A DNA stretch of 64,000 nucleotides, taken from positions 1,729 to 65,728 of the forward strand of contig JACRPR010000036.1 in NCBI GenBank assembly GCA_016223105.1. Reading direction: 5' to 3'. Both the position numbers and the translations under genes were made by a program. Each line of letters opens with the position of its first letter. Position 1 is the first letter of the stretch. A model generated the notes under the pieces. The model worked only from the letters and a program-made list of their open reading frames with translations, did no database searches and was not told the origin of the DNA. Shown here piece by piece: positions 17,187 through 27,343 of this stretch. Origin of the DNA: Chloroflexota bacterium. Its GTDB lineage: Bacteria > Chloroflexota > Anaerolineae > UBA4142.

Positions 17187-17264
17187 AATATTTTTCCCAC
17201 GGATACAAAGGAACACGGATAAATAAAAATTATCCGTGTTCCTTTACATCCGTGGGAAAATATT
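17187..17264. repeat. Repeat family 2 palindrome (TTTTCCCACGGATACAAAGGAACACGGATAA / inverse)
   Basis: Near-perfect 35-bp arms between the convergent permease and thrC genes; probably also a bidirectional terminator. Confidence 0.85.
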
Positions 17265-17293
17265 TTGTTCGCGATAGATTTGGCAAAGCCGTC

Positions 17294-18517
17294 CTATTTG
17301 ATTTTTTGCGCCAGCTCCGGATCGCGCGGATCGAGAATCGGAAATTCACCGCGCACGAGTTCCGGCGTCAAGAGTCCCGACCCGGTGTTGAATAACACGA
17401 CGCGTTCCTCCGGTTTGAGAAATCCGCTCGCGATTAATTTTTTGTACCCCACGTACGTTGCCGCGCCTTCGGGCGCGCAAAAAATTCCTTCGACGCGCGC
17501 GACCTCGCGCAGTGCCTCCACAATTTCCGAATCTGAAACCAGGACGCCGGTGCCGCCGCTCGCGCGCATCGCGTCGAGCATCAAGTAATCCGCAATCGCG
17601 ATTGGGACGCGAATGCCGGGCGCGAGCGTGTGCGCGTTTTCCCACAACGGCGCGTGACGCGCGCCATCGTGAAATGCTTTGACGATGGGCGCGCATCCTT
17701 CGGCTTGGACGGAAATCATCTTCGGTCGTTGCGATCCGATCCACCCCAACGCTTCGAGTTCGTCAAACGCTTTCCACATTCCAACGATTCCCGTGCCGCC
17801 GCCGGTCGGATACAAAATCGCGTCCGGCAATGCCCAATCGAAATGCTCCGCGAGTTCCAGCCCCATCGTCTTTTTGCCTTCGGCGCGATACGGTTCTTTG
17901 AGCGTCGAGACATCGAACCAGCCGCGCGCGCCCGCGTTCTCGCGCACGATTTTGCCGGCGTCGTTGATGAGACCTTTGACGAGATACACATTCGCGCCAA
18001 ACACGCGTCCTTCGATCTTCATTATTTCCGGCGTGTCTTCCGGCATGAAAACGTAAATCGTCATTCCCGCGCGCGCGCCATACGCCGCGAGCGCCGCGCC
18101 CGCGTTTCCGGCGGAGGGCATTCCAATCGCGCGCACGCCCAACTCTTGTGCTTTCGATACCGCGGCGGACAAGCCGCGCGCTTTGAAACTGCCGGTCGGA
18201 TTCAACCCTTCTTCTTTGATGAACAACTGCGCCGCGCCAAATGGCGCGCCGAGTTTGCGCGCGTGCAACAACGGCGTCGCGCCTTCGCCAAGCGAAACGA
18301 CATTCCGCTCATCGCGCACCGGCATAATCTCGAACCAGCGCCACATATTGCCCGGACGTTTCAAAATCGTGTCGCGCGAAAAATGTTTGCGCGCCGAATC
18401 GAGATCGTACCGCGCGAAAAGAACTTTGCCGCAATCGGGACACGTCGTGTGAATTTCTGCGGCGGAAAAAATTTTGCCGCAATTCGTACACTCAAGATGT
18501 GAAAGATAACTTTGCAT
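17294..18517 (-). CDS. thrC: Threonine synthase (PLP-dependent), with N-terminal zinc ribbon
   Basis: CTNCG..CPDCG; FIKEEGLNPTGSFKARG (PLP-lysine motif); GNAGAALAAYGARAG. ATG 18517 has GGAG 6 nt upstream; the track start at 18529 is also ATG. Confidence 0.85.
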   Translation of the reverse strand: MQSYLSHLECTNCGKIFSAAEIHTTCPDCGKVLFARYDLDSARKHFSRDTILKRPGNMWRWFEIMPVRDERNVVSLGEGATPLLHARKLGAPFGAAQLFIKEEGLNPTGSFKARGLSAAVSKAQELGVRAIGMPSAGNAGAALAAYGARAGMTIYVFMPEDTPEIMKIEGRVFGANVYLVKGLINDAGKIVRENAGARGWFDVSTLKEPYRAEGKKTMGLELAEHFDWALPDAILYPTGGGTGIVGMWKAFDELEALGWIGSQRPKMISVQAEGCAPIVKAFHDGARHAPLWENAHTLAPGIRVPIAIADYLMLDAMRASGGTGVLVSDSEIVEALREVARVEGIFCAPEGAATYVGYKKLIASGFLKPEERVVLFNTGSGLLTPELVRGEFPILDPRDPELAQKIK

Positions 18518-18544
18518 TGGCGTCTCCATTCCTCAAAAATTTTG

Positions 18545-18682
18545 GTAACCGTTCAGCCCAACCTGTCATTGCGAGCGGTTTTTGCGAAGCAATCCCCAAC
18601 ATTGTCGTTCCGGAATTGTCGCGCGGACGCTTCGCGGCTTCGTCGCAAAAAACGCTCCTCGCAATGACACCTGAACGGTTAC
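18545..18682. mobile_element. Repeat family 1, full copy without the 32-nt nested insert
   Basis: GTAACCGTTCAGCCCAACCTGTCATTGCGAGCGGTTTTTGCGAAGCAATCCCC...CTCCTCGCAATGACACCTGAACGGTTAC. Confidence 0.85.
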
Positions 18683-18710
18683 AAATTTTGTTTCCTCAAG
18701 CCCGCGCGAA

Positions 18711-18784
18711 TTCTCCCACTGATGCAAAGGAACACGGATAAAGAAAAAATATCCGTGTTCACCTGTATCTGTGGGAAAAAATTT
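18711..18784. repeat. Repeat family 2 palindrome
   Basis: TTCTCCCACTGATGCAAAGGAACACGGATAA..ATATCCGTGTTCACCTGTATCTGTGGGAAAAAA. Confidence 0.8.
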
Positions 18785-18937
18785 GCTCGCGAAAAATCGC
18801 GCGCTCATTCATAGCCGATTTTGCGCGACGCGTCAACTCGCGGTTGACATTCTTTTTACAAACGCGTTGCCGCGAATTTACAGCACTCTCATTTTTTTCT
18901 CAGCACCCAGCGCGATAATCGAATCAAGAAATCAGAG

Positions 18938-18975
18938 CAATCCGAAATCTGAAATCTGAAATCCGAAATTCAAAC
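18938..18975. repeat. Tandem heptamers GAAATC(T/C) upstream of the lipoprotein gene
   Basis: CAATCCGAAATCTGAAATCTGAAATCCGAAATTCAAAC. Confidence 0.85.
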
Positions 18976-18987
18976 ACGGAGGCAACG

Positions 18988-20082
18988 ATGTTTAACTTTC
19001 GATTCGCAATCGCACTTGGCTTGGCTCTCGCATTGATTGGATGCGCGAACGCGAGCGTGCCCGCGCAAGCGCAATCGCCAACGAGCCAACCGTCCAACGA
19101 TTCAACCAAGCAACTATCCAACTATCCAACGCTCCTTTTCACGATTGGGATGCACATCGAACCACTCGGCGCGACACCGAGCGCGCTCGTCAAAGCGAAC
19201 GCGAACAATGCCGGGCAAAACGCATCGTACACAAACGGCGCGTTGTTCCAACGCCACGTTCAAGACATCAACACGGTCGCGTCCATCGTCGAAAAACATA
19301 ACGGGCGAATGACGATTCAAGCGCAGACGCCGTTCACGAGCGTTGCCGCAAAATCCGGCGACAAAATTCTCGCGAACCTCGAAGCGCGCGGGCACGAAAT
19401 CGCACTGCACTTTCACGAGGACGCACATCTCGGCAAAAACGGCTCCTCACTTTCGATTGAAACCTGGTGCGCGGTGATGCAAGAGGAAATCAATTTCATT
19501 CACCAAGCCGGCGCGAAAAATCCGATTCGCTATTGGAGCGGGGGAAATTTGTACGCGGGCACGTTGCAAGCCGCCGCGTGCGCGGGGCTCGATGTGAACA
19601 GCGATTGGAAAAATCCGCAGACGCAATCCACGCCGCTCGAATTGACCGGGCTAAATCCGTGGCGACCGGCGGGCGGCTCGACGGCGAGCGATGTGAGCGC
19701 GTTCGCGCGGCACGATGCGAACGGAAAAATTATTTTCCTGCCCGAAGGCGGATACAAGCGCGGCGATTTCGCGGCGATGCGTCGTTCGGAAAACGCGGGC
19801 GGCGATGAAGCGTACTTTGAATTTTTGAAAACGAGTTTTCTGCAATCGCTCGCGAGCGCGTCCGCCGATAAAGTAAATGTGTTTCACTTTACCGTGCATC
19901 CCGGCGAATTTCGCGGCGATCCGAAAAACGCATTCGCGGTGATTGATCGTTTCTTGAGCGAGGTCGTTGACCCGAATGTAAAAACCGGCAAGGTCAAGTG
20001 GGCGACGCTCGCGGAAATGGCGGACGCGTTCAAGGCGTGGGAGAAAACGCATCCTGGGATCGCGCCGCGCGAGGCGCAGTAA
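18988..20082 (+). CDS. Secreted lipoprotein, function unknown
   Basis: MFNFRFAIALGLALALIGC lipobox; GGAGG upstream. Conserved-looking His/Asp motifs (HFHEDAH, FHFTVHPGEF) hint at a metal-dependent hydrolase, but no family was recognised. Confidence 0.55.
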   Translation: MFNFRFAIALGLALALIGCANASVPAQAQSPTSQPSNDSTKQLSNYPTLLFTIGMHIEPLGATPSALVKANANNAGQNASYTNGALFQRHVQDINTVASIVEKHNGRMTIQAQTPFTSVAAKSGDKILANLEARGHEIALHFHEDAHLGKNGSSLSIETWCAVMQEEINFIHQAGAKNPIRYWSGGNLYAGTLQAAACAGLDVNSDWKNPQTQSTPLELTGLNPWRPAGGSTASDVSAFARHDANGKIIFLPEGGYKRGDFAAMRRSENAGGDEAYFEFLKTSFLQSLASASADKVNVFHFTVHPGEFRGDPKNAFAVIDRFLSEVVDPNVKTGKVKWATLAEMADAFKAWEKTHPGIAPREAQ

Positions 20083-20096
20083 AATTCTAATTGTTT

Positions 20097-20181
20097 GGAG
20101 TCGCGCGTTTACGCGGTTGTGCAGTTGACTAGCAATCCGCTAAAGCCAATTGCCCTGAGCGAAACCGAAGGGGTCGAATCC
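20097..20181. repeat. Repeat family 3, opposite orientation, with ~25-nt insertion in one arm
   Basis: GGAGTCGCGCGTTTACGCGGT...CCGCTAAAGC[CAATTGCCCTGAGCGAAACCGAAGG]GGTCGAATCC. Confidence 0.7.
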
Positions 20182-20190
20182 AAATAAGGC

Positions 20191-20232
20191 GAGACCTGGA
20201 AAGATTCTGAATCTTTCCAGGTCTCGTTTTTT
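20191..20232 (+). terminator. Rho-independent terminator (15-bp stem + T6)
   Basis: GAGACCTGGAAAGAT-TCTGA-ATCTTTCCAGGTCTC followed by GTTTTTT. Lies between convergent genes. Confidence 0.8.
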
Positions 20233-21379
20233 AATTTGCCGCGGGGAGTGAAAAATAAAACGTCGAACCCTGCCCTTCGATACTCGTAACCCAAATTTTT
20301 CCGCCGTGTCCTTCAACGATGTGTTTCGCAATCGCGAGCCCCAACCCAGTACTGCGCGTCGCGCCGGGCGTGCGCGCGCGATCCACTTTGTAAAAACGTT
20401 CAAAGATGCGCGGCACATCGCGCGCGGGAATGCCAATCCCGGTATCCGCGATTTGAATTTCGATATTGTCGTCCACGCGCCGCGCGTCAATCGCGATGCG
20501 TCCGCGCGGCGGCGTGAATTTGATCGCGTTGTGCAAAAGATTGCTCACCACTTTGCGAATGCCATCCGCGTCCGCGAGCACGCGCACATCCTGCGCCGCG
20601 CGATATTCTAACACGATCTCTTTGCGTTCGATTTGCGGTTGTAGCGCGGCAAGCGCAGGCGCGATCAGATCGGCGAGATTCGTGGCGAGCAAGCGAATCG
20701 GCATTTGTCCCGATTCGATCAGCGCGAGGTCCATCATCTCGCTCGTCAATTGATGGAGCAAATCAATCTGCCCGCGCAGTTTGACGAGATGCGCGGCGGC
20801 GGCGGTCGGATGTTCCGGCAATTCTTGTTCCATCGTTTCCGCGAGCAATTGCAGAGTTGTTACCGGCGTGCGTAATTCGTGCGAAATGTTCGCGACAAAA
20901 TCGCGGCGCATCCGCCCGAGTCTCTGCAGTTCGGTTACATCGCTCAACGTGATGATCGCGCCACACTCCGCTTCCGGCGCACCGGCGCGCACGCGGATAT
21001 GAAAGGCGCGATCATCGCGCACGACGGTTTGCGCGAGCGCGTCCGCGCGTTGCGCCAACACATCCGCGATCAACGGTTCAAGGTGCAAACTCCACGCGGC
21101 TTGATTGAACGCGCGTCCAACGCTCGCGCGCGCGTCGAGAAAATTTTCCGCCGCCGGATTGATGAATTGAATGTGCGCGTCCGCGTCAAGCAGAACAATG
21201 CCTTCGCTCACACTGCGCGTGGTTGCGTCCCAGCGCGCCAACGCGGTTCGCAAATCCGCGCGCGCGTCGCGCAGGTCGTTTTTTGTCTTGTGTAACTCAC
21301 GGCGCGCCGCGCGATTCTGCAGGAAAAAGAAAATCGCCGACGTTGCAACGATCAAGAAAAGAATCGCGGTTGGTTCCAT
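20231..21379 (-). CDS. phoR: PhoR-like sensor histidine kinase (TM / PAS-like / HisKA / HATPase)
   Basis: H-box ANISHELRTPVTTL; GLGLAIAKHIVEGHGGKIWVTSIEGQGSTFYFSLP. Lies in the pst/phoU neighbourhood. Confidence 0.75.
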   Translation of the reverse strand: MEPTAILFLIVATSAIFFFLQNRAARRELHKTKNDLRDARADLRTALARWDATTRSVSEGIVLLDADAHIQFINPAAENFLDARASVGRAFNQAAWSLHLEPLIADVLAQRADALAQTVVRDDRAFHIRVRAGAPEAECGAIITLSDVTELQRLGRMRRDFVANISHELRTPVTTLQLLAETMEQELPEHPTAAAAHLVKLRGQIDLLHQLTSEMMDLALIESGQMPIRLLATNLADLIAPALAALQPQIERKEIVLEYRAAQDVRVLADADGIRKVVSNLLHNAIKFTPPRGRIAIDARRVDDNIEIQIADTGIGIPARDVPRIFERFYKVDRARTPGATRSTGLGLAIAKHIVEGHGGKIWVTSIEGQGSTFYFSLPAAN

Positions 21380-21386
21380 TTATGCT

Positions 21387-22058
21387 TCACCCCTCGAACC
21401 GATACCCGATTCCGCGCACCGTCTCGATCCGTTTTGGCTTCGCCGGGTCGGTTTCGATTTTTTCGCGCAACCAGCGAATATGCACATCCACCGTGCGCGT
21501 GTCGCCGCCGAAATCGAAACCCCACACGCGTTGCAGTAACAAATCGCGCGTGAGCACCGCGCCCGTGTGCCGAATCAATTCCGCGAGCAAATCAAATTCT
21601 TTCGGCGTGAGGTTGAGCGTTTGATCGCCGCGCCACGCGCGATGCCCCACGATGTCGAGCGCGAGATCGCCCGATGCAAGTTTCGTGAGCCGTTCGCGTT
21701 TGCCGCGGCGCAGAACCGCGCGCAAGCGCGCCAACAATTCGCCGAGCGCGAACGGTTTGACGATGTAATCATCCGCGCCGCTGTCGAGTCCGACAATGCG
21801 ATCCACTTCGCCACTGCGCGCGGTGAGCAAAACGATCGGCACGTCGAACTCGTGGCGAAGCGCGCGGCACACGGTCAACCCATCAAGATCGGGGAGCATA
21901 ATGTCCAACACAACCAGGTCGGGTTTGTGGGCGCGCGCGCGATCGAGCGCGGTAACGCCGCTCCCGGTTTCAATGACCTGGTAATCTTCGCGCGCGAGGT
22001 TGTACGCGAGCGTTTCGCGCAATGTTTGATCGTCTTCGACGAGTAAAAGTTTAAGCAT
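21387..22058 (-). CDS. OmpR/PhoB-family response regulator
   Basis: REC domain (LLVEDDQTLRE..VVLDIMLPDLDG) plus winged helix (LTPKEFDLLAELI..VDVHIRWLREKIE..IETVRGIGYRF). Confidence 0.88.
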   Translation of the reverse strand: MLKLLLVEDDQTLRETLAYNLAREDYQVIETGSGVTALDRARAHKPDLVVLDIMLPDLDGLTVCRALRHEFDVPIVLLTARSGEVDRIVGLDSGADDYIVKPFALGELLARLRAVLRRGKRERLTKLASGDLALDIVGHRAWRGDQTLNLTPKEFDLLAELIRHTGAVLTRDLLLQRVWGFDFGGDTRTVDVHIRWLREKIETDPAKPKRIETVRGIGYRFEG

Positions 22059-22075
22059 TTGGATTTAATGGTGGT

Positions 22076-22131
22076 GCGGCTTTTCAAGCCGCCGAAGCGG
22101 GCTGGAAAGCCCGCCTCACGAATTTCAAAAC
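22076..22131. repeat. Repeat family 4 (two tandem GC hairpins + AATTTCAAAAC)
   Basis: GCGGCTTTTCAAGCCGC-CGAA-GCGGGCTGGAAAGCCCGC-CTCACGAATTTCAAAAC. The tail overlaps the arsC stop. Confidence 0.75.
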
Positions 22132-22526
22132 GCGCGAATGAACGCGATCACGCGCCGCTCAATCTCATCGCGCGTCGCGCGAAACGCGGCGAGCTGTTCA
22201 TCGGCATTTCTCGCGCCGGCGGATGGATCGGGCAAGCCCCAATGCACACGCGTCACCGTGCCCGGAAAATTCGGACACACCTCTTCCGCGCACAGCGTGA
22301 TGACACAATCAATTTGCTGATCGAGAAATTCGTTGACGCTTTTGGAATGATGCGCGGAAATGTCAATGCCGCGTTCTTGCATCACGCGAATCGCGAGCGG
22401 ATGCACGCGCGATGGCGCACTGCCCGCGCTGAACACCTCAAAGCGATCACCGCCGCGCGCGCGCAATAATCCTTCGGCGATTTGCGAACGCGCGGAATTG
22501 TGAACGCAGAGAAAAAGTACTCGCAT
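22125..22526 (-). CDS. arsC: Arsenate reductase, LMW-PTPase / thioredoxin-coupled type
   Basis: ATG 22526 (MRVLFLCVHNSARSQ = CX5R(S/T) P-loop) and LCAEEVCPNF (second Cys pair). The start overlaps the upstream stop by 1 nt (TAATG). Confidence 0.8.
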   Translation of the reverse strand: MRVLFLCVHNSARSQIAEGLLRARGGDRFEVFSAGSAPSRVHPLAIRVMQERGIDISAHHSKSVNEFLDQQIDCVITLCAEEVCPNFPGTVTRVHWGLPDPSAGARNADEQLAAFRATRDEIERRVIAFIRAF

Positions 22527-23509
22527 TAGCACCCCCATTCTTGCAAACGCGCGTCCGGCGTAATCCCAGGAATCCGTCCGCGTTTGGCAATCGGCTTGCC
22601 ATCAATTTCTTTGAGATCGCCGGTAAAATCAATCGGCGGCGCGCCGCTGATCGCGCTCCCCACGCCGAATCCATCCACCGGCGCGCCGGCGCGTTTGAAC
22701 AATTCGATGCGTTCCGCGTCCATTCCACCGCTCACAAAAATTTTGACGCGCGCGAAACCGGCTTGGTCGAGCCGCGCGCGAATTTCCTTGACCAGCTCCG
22801 GCGTTACGCGTCCGCGTTCGGACGGCGTATCGAGCCGCACGCCCCACAAGCGGTCGCCCAACGCGCGCGCGACGTTCAGCGTTTCTTCGGCTTCATCGCG
22901 AAATGTGTCCACGAGCGCGACGCGATTCATCTCCGGTGGCATCGCGCGGTCGAATGCCTCGACCGCGCGCACCGTGTCGCCGAAAATTAAAATCAACGCG
23001 TGCGGCATTGTGCCGCTCGGATTTTTTCCGGCGAGCCGCGCGCCGGCGGGAGTCGCCGCGGTCGCGCATCCGCCGATAATCGCGGCGTATTCCATTTGTG
23101 CGGCGACATTGGGATGAACGTGGCGCGCCCCGAATGAAATGACCTGAATCGGCGATGCCGCGTCCACGATTTTGCGCGCGGCGGTTGCCCAGCCGGTTTG
23201 CGATGCCAACATTCCCAACAGTGCGGTTTCGTACAATCCGAACGACGCGTACCGCGCGCGAATTCGCAACGCGATTTCTTTCGCTTGCAGTGCCGCGCCT
23301 TCTGCGCGCGACCACACTTGCGCGTCGCGCGGCAACACGGCGCGGAGAAGTTGCATCGCTTCGTCCAGCCCGCACAAAATTCCGGCGCGGTTCGGAAAAA
23401 TTTCCATCGTTACAACCGGGTCGAGCCCTTCGCGCGCCAGGATCGCGCGCGTGTGGTGAAAGTACACATCGGCAGTGTCGCCGTTCAAAATCGCGTCTTG
23501 GATTGGCAT
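22526..23509 (-). CDS. Nicotinate phosphoribosyltransferase-family protein (type II PRTase)
   Basis: N-terminal TADVYFHHTRAIL, GTMPHALI, VDTF.., SGG.. pattern recalled from short archaeal-type NAPRTases. Assignment is from memory only. Confidence 0.55.
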   Translation of the reverse strand: MPIQDAILNGDTADVYFHHTRAILAREGLDPVVTMEIFPNRAGILCGLDEAMQLLRAVLPRDAQVWSRAEGAALQAKEIALRIRARYASFGLYETALLGMLASQTGWATAARKIVDAASPIQVISFGARHVHPNVAAQMEYAAIIGGCATAATPAGARLAGKNPSGTMPHALILIFGDTVRAVEAFDRAMPPEMNRVALVDTFRDEAEETLNVARALGDRLWGVRLDTPSERGRVTPELVKEIRARLDQAGFARVKIFVSGGMDAERIELFKRAGAPVDGFGVGSAISGAPPIDFTGDLKEIDGKPIAKRGRIPGITPDARLQEWGC

Positions 23510-23518
23510 TTCAATTTC

Positions 23519-24187
23519 CTATTCCGGTCGCTCCGTGTTCAATTCTTCCAAGCGTCCGGTCACGGCATAAATCACGCGCTCACCGATGTTCGTTACGCGG
23601 TCGCCGATGCGTTCGAGATTGTGCGCGGCAAACAACAGATTGAGCGCGCGCGTTACCGTGCGCGAATCTTCCATGATGTACGTGAGCAATTCGCGAAAGA
23701 CTTGGGTATACAAATTATCAATTTCATCATCGCGATTGCACACCGCGCGCCCGGCATCGGCATCGCGCCGCGCGAACGCATCGAGCGATTGCGACAACAT
23801 CTCTTGGCAAATCGCCGCCATCCTGGGAATGTCCACTAACGGTTTGAGCAATGGCTCGTCGCCCATGTGAATCACAATCTCGCCCAAATTTTTCGAGTGA
23901 TCCGCGATACGTTCGAGTTCAATCGCGATCAACAAGATCGCGATAATCTCGCGCAGGTCGCTCGCCATCGGTTGTTGCGTCGCGATCATCCGATAACAAT
24001 TTTCTTCAATCGCGTAACGGATGCGATTCAACTCGGCGTCGCCGCGAATCAGCGCATGCGCCATCACACGGTCGCGCGTTTTCAGCGCGTCCACGCCGTC
24101 GGCTATCGTGCGATTCGCGCGTTCGCCCAACGTCAACAACTCGGCTTTGAGATCATTCAGGTTGTGAAAAAAAGTTTCGCGAGGCAT
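23519..24187 (-). CDS. phoU: Phosphate-transport regulator PhoU
   Basis: Start moved to ATG 24187 (MPRETFFHNLNDLK). Two PhoU repeats with LERIADHSKNLGE and LERIGDRVTNIGE. Confidence 0.85.
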   Translation of the reverse strand: MPRETFFHNLNDLKAELLTLGERANRTIADGVDALKTRDRVMAHALIRGDAELNRIRYAIEENCYRMIATQQPMASDLREIIAILLIAIELERIADHSKNLGEIVIHMGDEPLLKPLVDIPRMAAICQEMLSQSLDAFARRDADAGRAVCNRDDEIDNLYTQVFRELLTYIMEDSRTVTRALNLLFAAHNLERIGDRVTNIGERVIYAVTGRLEELNTERPE

Positions 24188-24199
24188 AGGATCCTTTCG

Positions 24200-24425
24200 A
24201 GACCCTAAGAGAGTGTTTTGAAATTCGGGCTCTTCAGGAATTAGTGGGGTAGCATAGCCCCTTGTGGGCGTTGAAATGGAAAAGTACGCGCACAAGGCGC
24301 TATGCTACGCGACTAACCCCACTAATTCCCGGAGAACCGAAATTCGTGACGCGGGCTTTCTAGCCCGCATATGCGGCTTGGAAAAGCCGCTCCACAGTCA
24401 ATTTCAAAACACTTTCTTAGGGTCT
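24200..24425. mobile_element. 226-bp MITE-like element with 26-nt terminal inverted repeats, containing a family-4 double hairpin
   Basis: AGACCCTAAGAGAGTGTTTTGAAATT (24200-24225) versus AATTTCAAAACACTTTCTTAGGGTCT (24400-24425), 1 mismatch. Inner inverted repeat TTAGTGGGGTAGCATAGC / GCTATGCTACG..CCCCACTAA. Fills the pstB-phoU spacer. Confidence 0.75.
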
Positions 24426-24428
24426 GCA

Positions 24429-25211
24429 TTAACCAAACCGTCCCGTAATATAATCCTCCGTCCGCTTGTCGCGCGGCAGAGTGAACATTTGGTGCGTCGC
24501 GCCAAATTCAATCACCGTGCCGGCGCGCGCGCTATCGGCGAGCATCATCATCGCGGCGTAATCCGAAACGCGCGCGGCTTGTTGCATATTGTGCGTTACG
24601 ATGACGATAGTGTACTCGCGCGCGAGGTCGCGCATTAGTTCTTCGATTTTCAACGTCGCGATCGGGTCGAGCGCGGAGCATGGCTCATCCATCAAAATCA
24701 CTTCGGGTTGCACCGCGAGCGCGCGCGCGATGCACAAGCGTTGTTGTTGCCCGCCCGATAGCGCGAGTCCGCTCTGATGCAATTTGTCTTTCACTTCGTC
24801 CCACAGCGCGGCGCGGCGCAAACAGGATTCGACCCAGTCGTCCATTTTGCCGCGATAGCCGTTAATGCGCGCGCCCCACGCGATATTTTCCGCAATTGAT
24901 TTTGGAAACGGATTTGGTTTTTGAAAAACCATGCCGACGCGTTTTCGCACCTCGACCGGATCCACGCCGGGCGCGTACAAATCTTGACCGGCGAAAAAAA
25001 GTTTGCCGTCAATTCGCACATTCGGAATCAATTCGTTCATCCGATTGAAACAACGCAAGAGCGTGCTTTTACCGCATCCCGACGGTCCGATGATCGCGGT
25101 AATTTTATTTTGCGGCACCGCGAGCGCGACCTCTTGCACCGCGCGCGCACTGCCGTACCACACACTCAAATTTTGCGCGTCGAGCGCAATCGGTTCACCA
25201 CTCATTTGCAA
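24429..25211 (-). CDS. pstB: Phosphate ABC transporter ATP-binding protein
   Basis: Walker [10 protein letters not shown], signature LSGGQQQRL, Walker B ILMDEP. Typical PstB length and termini. Confidence 0.93.
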   Translation of the reverse strand: MQMSGEPIALDAQNLSVWYGSARAVQEVALAVPQNKITAIIGPSGCGKSTLLRCFNRMNELIPNVRIDGKLFFAGQDLYAPGVDPVEVRKRVGMVFQKPNPFPKSIAENIAWGARINGYRGKMDDWVESCLRRAALWDEVKDKLHQSGLALSGGQQQRLCIARALAVQPEVILMDEPCSALDPIATLKIEELMRDLAREYTIVIVTHNMQQAARVSDYAAMMMLADSARAGTVIEFGATHQMFTLPRDKRTEDYITGRFG

Positions 25212-25246
25212 TCTCCACCATCCAACGCTTTGGATACAACCACAGA

Positions 25247-25278
25247 CCCTGGCACTTGCGTTCCCGCCAGGGCAAGTG
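25247..25278 (+). repeat. 32-nt element, solo copy between pstB and pstA
   Basis: Identical 32-mer, here inserted in a CACAGATTT tandem repeat rather than in a family-1 element. Confidence 0.9.
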
Positions 25279-25320
25279 TTTCACAGATTTCACAGAAAAA
25301 ATCTGTGGTTTCAGTTGCAG

Positions 25321-26187
25321 TTACCAATTCGCCTTTTGTTGATACTTGTTCCGCAAAAAAATCGCGAGCGCGTTCATCGCGAGCAGAACGCCGAGCAGAA
25401 CGATGATGCCCGCCGCGGCATTTTCATGAAATGCTTTTTGCGGACGCGAGACCCAGTTGAAAATTTGAATCGGCAAAACCGTAAAGCCGGAAAATAATCC
25501 GTCGAGCGAAAATTCCGGCAGAAACGCGATGTAGGTCAGCGCGCCAATCGTGATCAGCGGCGCGGATTCGCCCATCGCGCGCGAGAGCGCGAGAATCGTG
25601 CCGGTGAGAATGCTGGGAAATGCGACCGGCAAAACTTGCGCCCAAATCGTTTGCCATTTCGTCGCACCGACTGCATACGCGGCTTGGCGCAGGGATGACG
25701 GCACCGCGCGCAATGCTTCGCGCGCGGTGATGATGACGATGGGCAAAACCAGGAGCGCGAGCGTGAGCGCGCCGGCAAGCACACTGCGTCCCAGCATCAT
25801 CCCGCGCACGAACACGCCCAAGCCGAGCAAACCGTAAATCACCGACGGCACGCCGGCAAGATTCGCGATGTTGATTTCGATAAGTCGCGTCAAACGATTT
25901 TTCGGCGCGTACTCTTCGAGATAAATCGCCGCGCCAACGCCGATAGGAAACGCGAACAACGCGGTGAGCGAAATAATCCACAGCGTGCCGACAAGCGCGG
26001 AAAGAATGCCCGCGCTCGCCGCGCGGCGCGATGGAAAGCTCGTGATGAATTCCCAATCGAGTCGCGCGAGTCCATCACCAAACACATCCGCGAGCAACAC
26101 AATCAACGCGAAAATGCCGACGAGCGTCGCGGCAAAACTCGCGATGAAAAAAATCGCGCCCGCGCGTTTGCGCGCGTGAAGGTTCAT
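25321..26187 (-). CDS. pstA: Phosphate ABC transporter permease PstA
   Basis: 6-TM permease, [12 protein letters not shown] motif. ATGA-type overlap with pstC. Confidence 0.88.
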   Translation of the reverse strand: MNLHARKRAGAIFFIASFAATLVGIFALIVLLADVFGDGLARLDWEFITSFPSRRAASAGILSALVGTLWIISLTALFAFPIGVGAAIYLEEYAPKNRLTRLIEINIANLAGVPSVIYGLLGLGVFVRGMMLGRSVLAGALTLALLVLPIVIITAREALRAVPSSLRQAAYAVGATKWQTIWAQVLPVAFPSILTGTILALSRAMGESAPLITIGALTYIAFLPEFSLDGLFSGFTVLPIQIFNWVSRPQKAFHENAAAGIIVLLGVLLAMNALAIFLRNKYQQKANW

Positions 26188-27089
26188 TGATACTCCTCGC
26201 GAAACCGGCGCAGAACCCAGTTGCTCACCAGGTTGAGCGCGAACGTCATCACGAACAAGGTCATTCCAACCGCGAAAATCGTTTTAAATTCAAAACTCGT
26301 TTGCGGCGTGTCGCCCAAACTCACCTGCACGATGTACGCGGTCATCGTTTCGATGGATTGAAACGGATTGAGCGTGAGCACCGGTTGTTGCCCGGCGGCA
26401 ATCGCGACGATCATCGTTTCGCCAATCGCGCGCGAGATCGCGAGAATGAACGCGGCGAGAATCCCGGAGAGCGCGGCGGGCGCGACGATTTGGGTCGCGA
26501 CTTCGAACCGGGTCGCGCCCATCGCGTAACCGGCTTCGCGCAGTGAACGCGGCACGGCAGTCATTGCATCTTCGCTCAGCGACGAGACGAGCGGAATAAT
26601 CATAATGCCAATCGCGATGCCCGCGCTCGCGGCGTTGAACACTTGAGTTTCCGGGATGATGTTTTGCAGTAGCGGCGTGATGAAGAGGAGCGCGAAATAG
26701 CCGTAGACGACGGTCGGAATCCCGGCGAGAATTTCGAGCATGGGCTTGAGGATGCGCCGCACGCGGTCGGGCGCGTACTCGCTGAGAAAAATCGCGGAGA
26801 GCAAACCGACCGGCAGAGCGATGAGCATCGCGCCGCTCGCGACGATGAGCGTGCCGGTCAACAAAGGCAAAATGCCAAAGTGTTGATTCGTAAACAGCGG
26901 CGTCCATTGCGTATCGGTGAGAAAATCAATCAGCGAGACGACGCGAAAAAATTCAATCGTCTCGCCAATCAACACCGCGACGATGCCGAGCGTGGTGAAA
27001 ATCGAAAGGATGCCGCACGCGAATAAAAGCGCGTGAATCGCGCGTTCGCGCACAGCGCGCGCGCGGGACAAGGAATGTGAAATTTGCAT
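26184..27089 (-). CDS. pstC: Phosphate ABC transporter permease PstC
   Basis: 6-TM permease, [16 protein letters not shown] motif. Confidence 0.88.
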   Translation of the reverse strand: MQISHSLSRARAVRERAIHALLFACGILSIFTTLGIVAVLIGETIEFFRVVSLIDFLTDTQWTPLFTNQHFGILPLLTGTLIVASGAMLIALPVGLLSAIFLSEYAPDRVRRILKPMLEILAGIPTVVYGYFALLFITPLLQNIIPETQVFNAASAGIAIGIMIIPLVSSLSEDAMTAVPRSLREAGYAMGATRFEVATQIVAPAALSGILAAFILAISRAIGETMIVAIAAGQQPVLTLNPFQSIETMTAYIVQVSLGDTPQTSFEFKTIFAVGMTLFVMTFALNLVSNWVLRRFREEYQ

Positions 27090-27154
27090 TGAGGTATTCT
27101 CACAGCGGCGCGGGCTGGCAGACCAACCTGTTCACGGTCTCTGCGTGTGTTTCT

Positions 27155-27214
27155 GGATTCGAGCGTTTACGCGGTTGATCAAATTGACCAGCAACCCGCT
27201 AAAGCGTCGAGTCC
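27155..27214. repeat. Repeat family 3, opposite orientation
   Basis: GGATTCGAGCGTTTACGCGGT...ACCCGCTAAAGCGTCGAGTCC, between pstC and pstS. Confidence 0.8.
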
Positions 27215-27343
27215 AGGTCTCGCGCAAACCGCAATTTGTAATCGTGTGCCGTATCGCAACCCCGCGCCACTATTGTTGTGCAAATGGGCGCGCGTGTCAA
27301 GTCGGAAAGAGCGGAGTGCCTCGCCCCTACAAAAATCCGCGCG

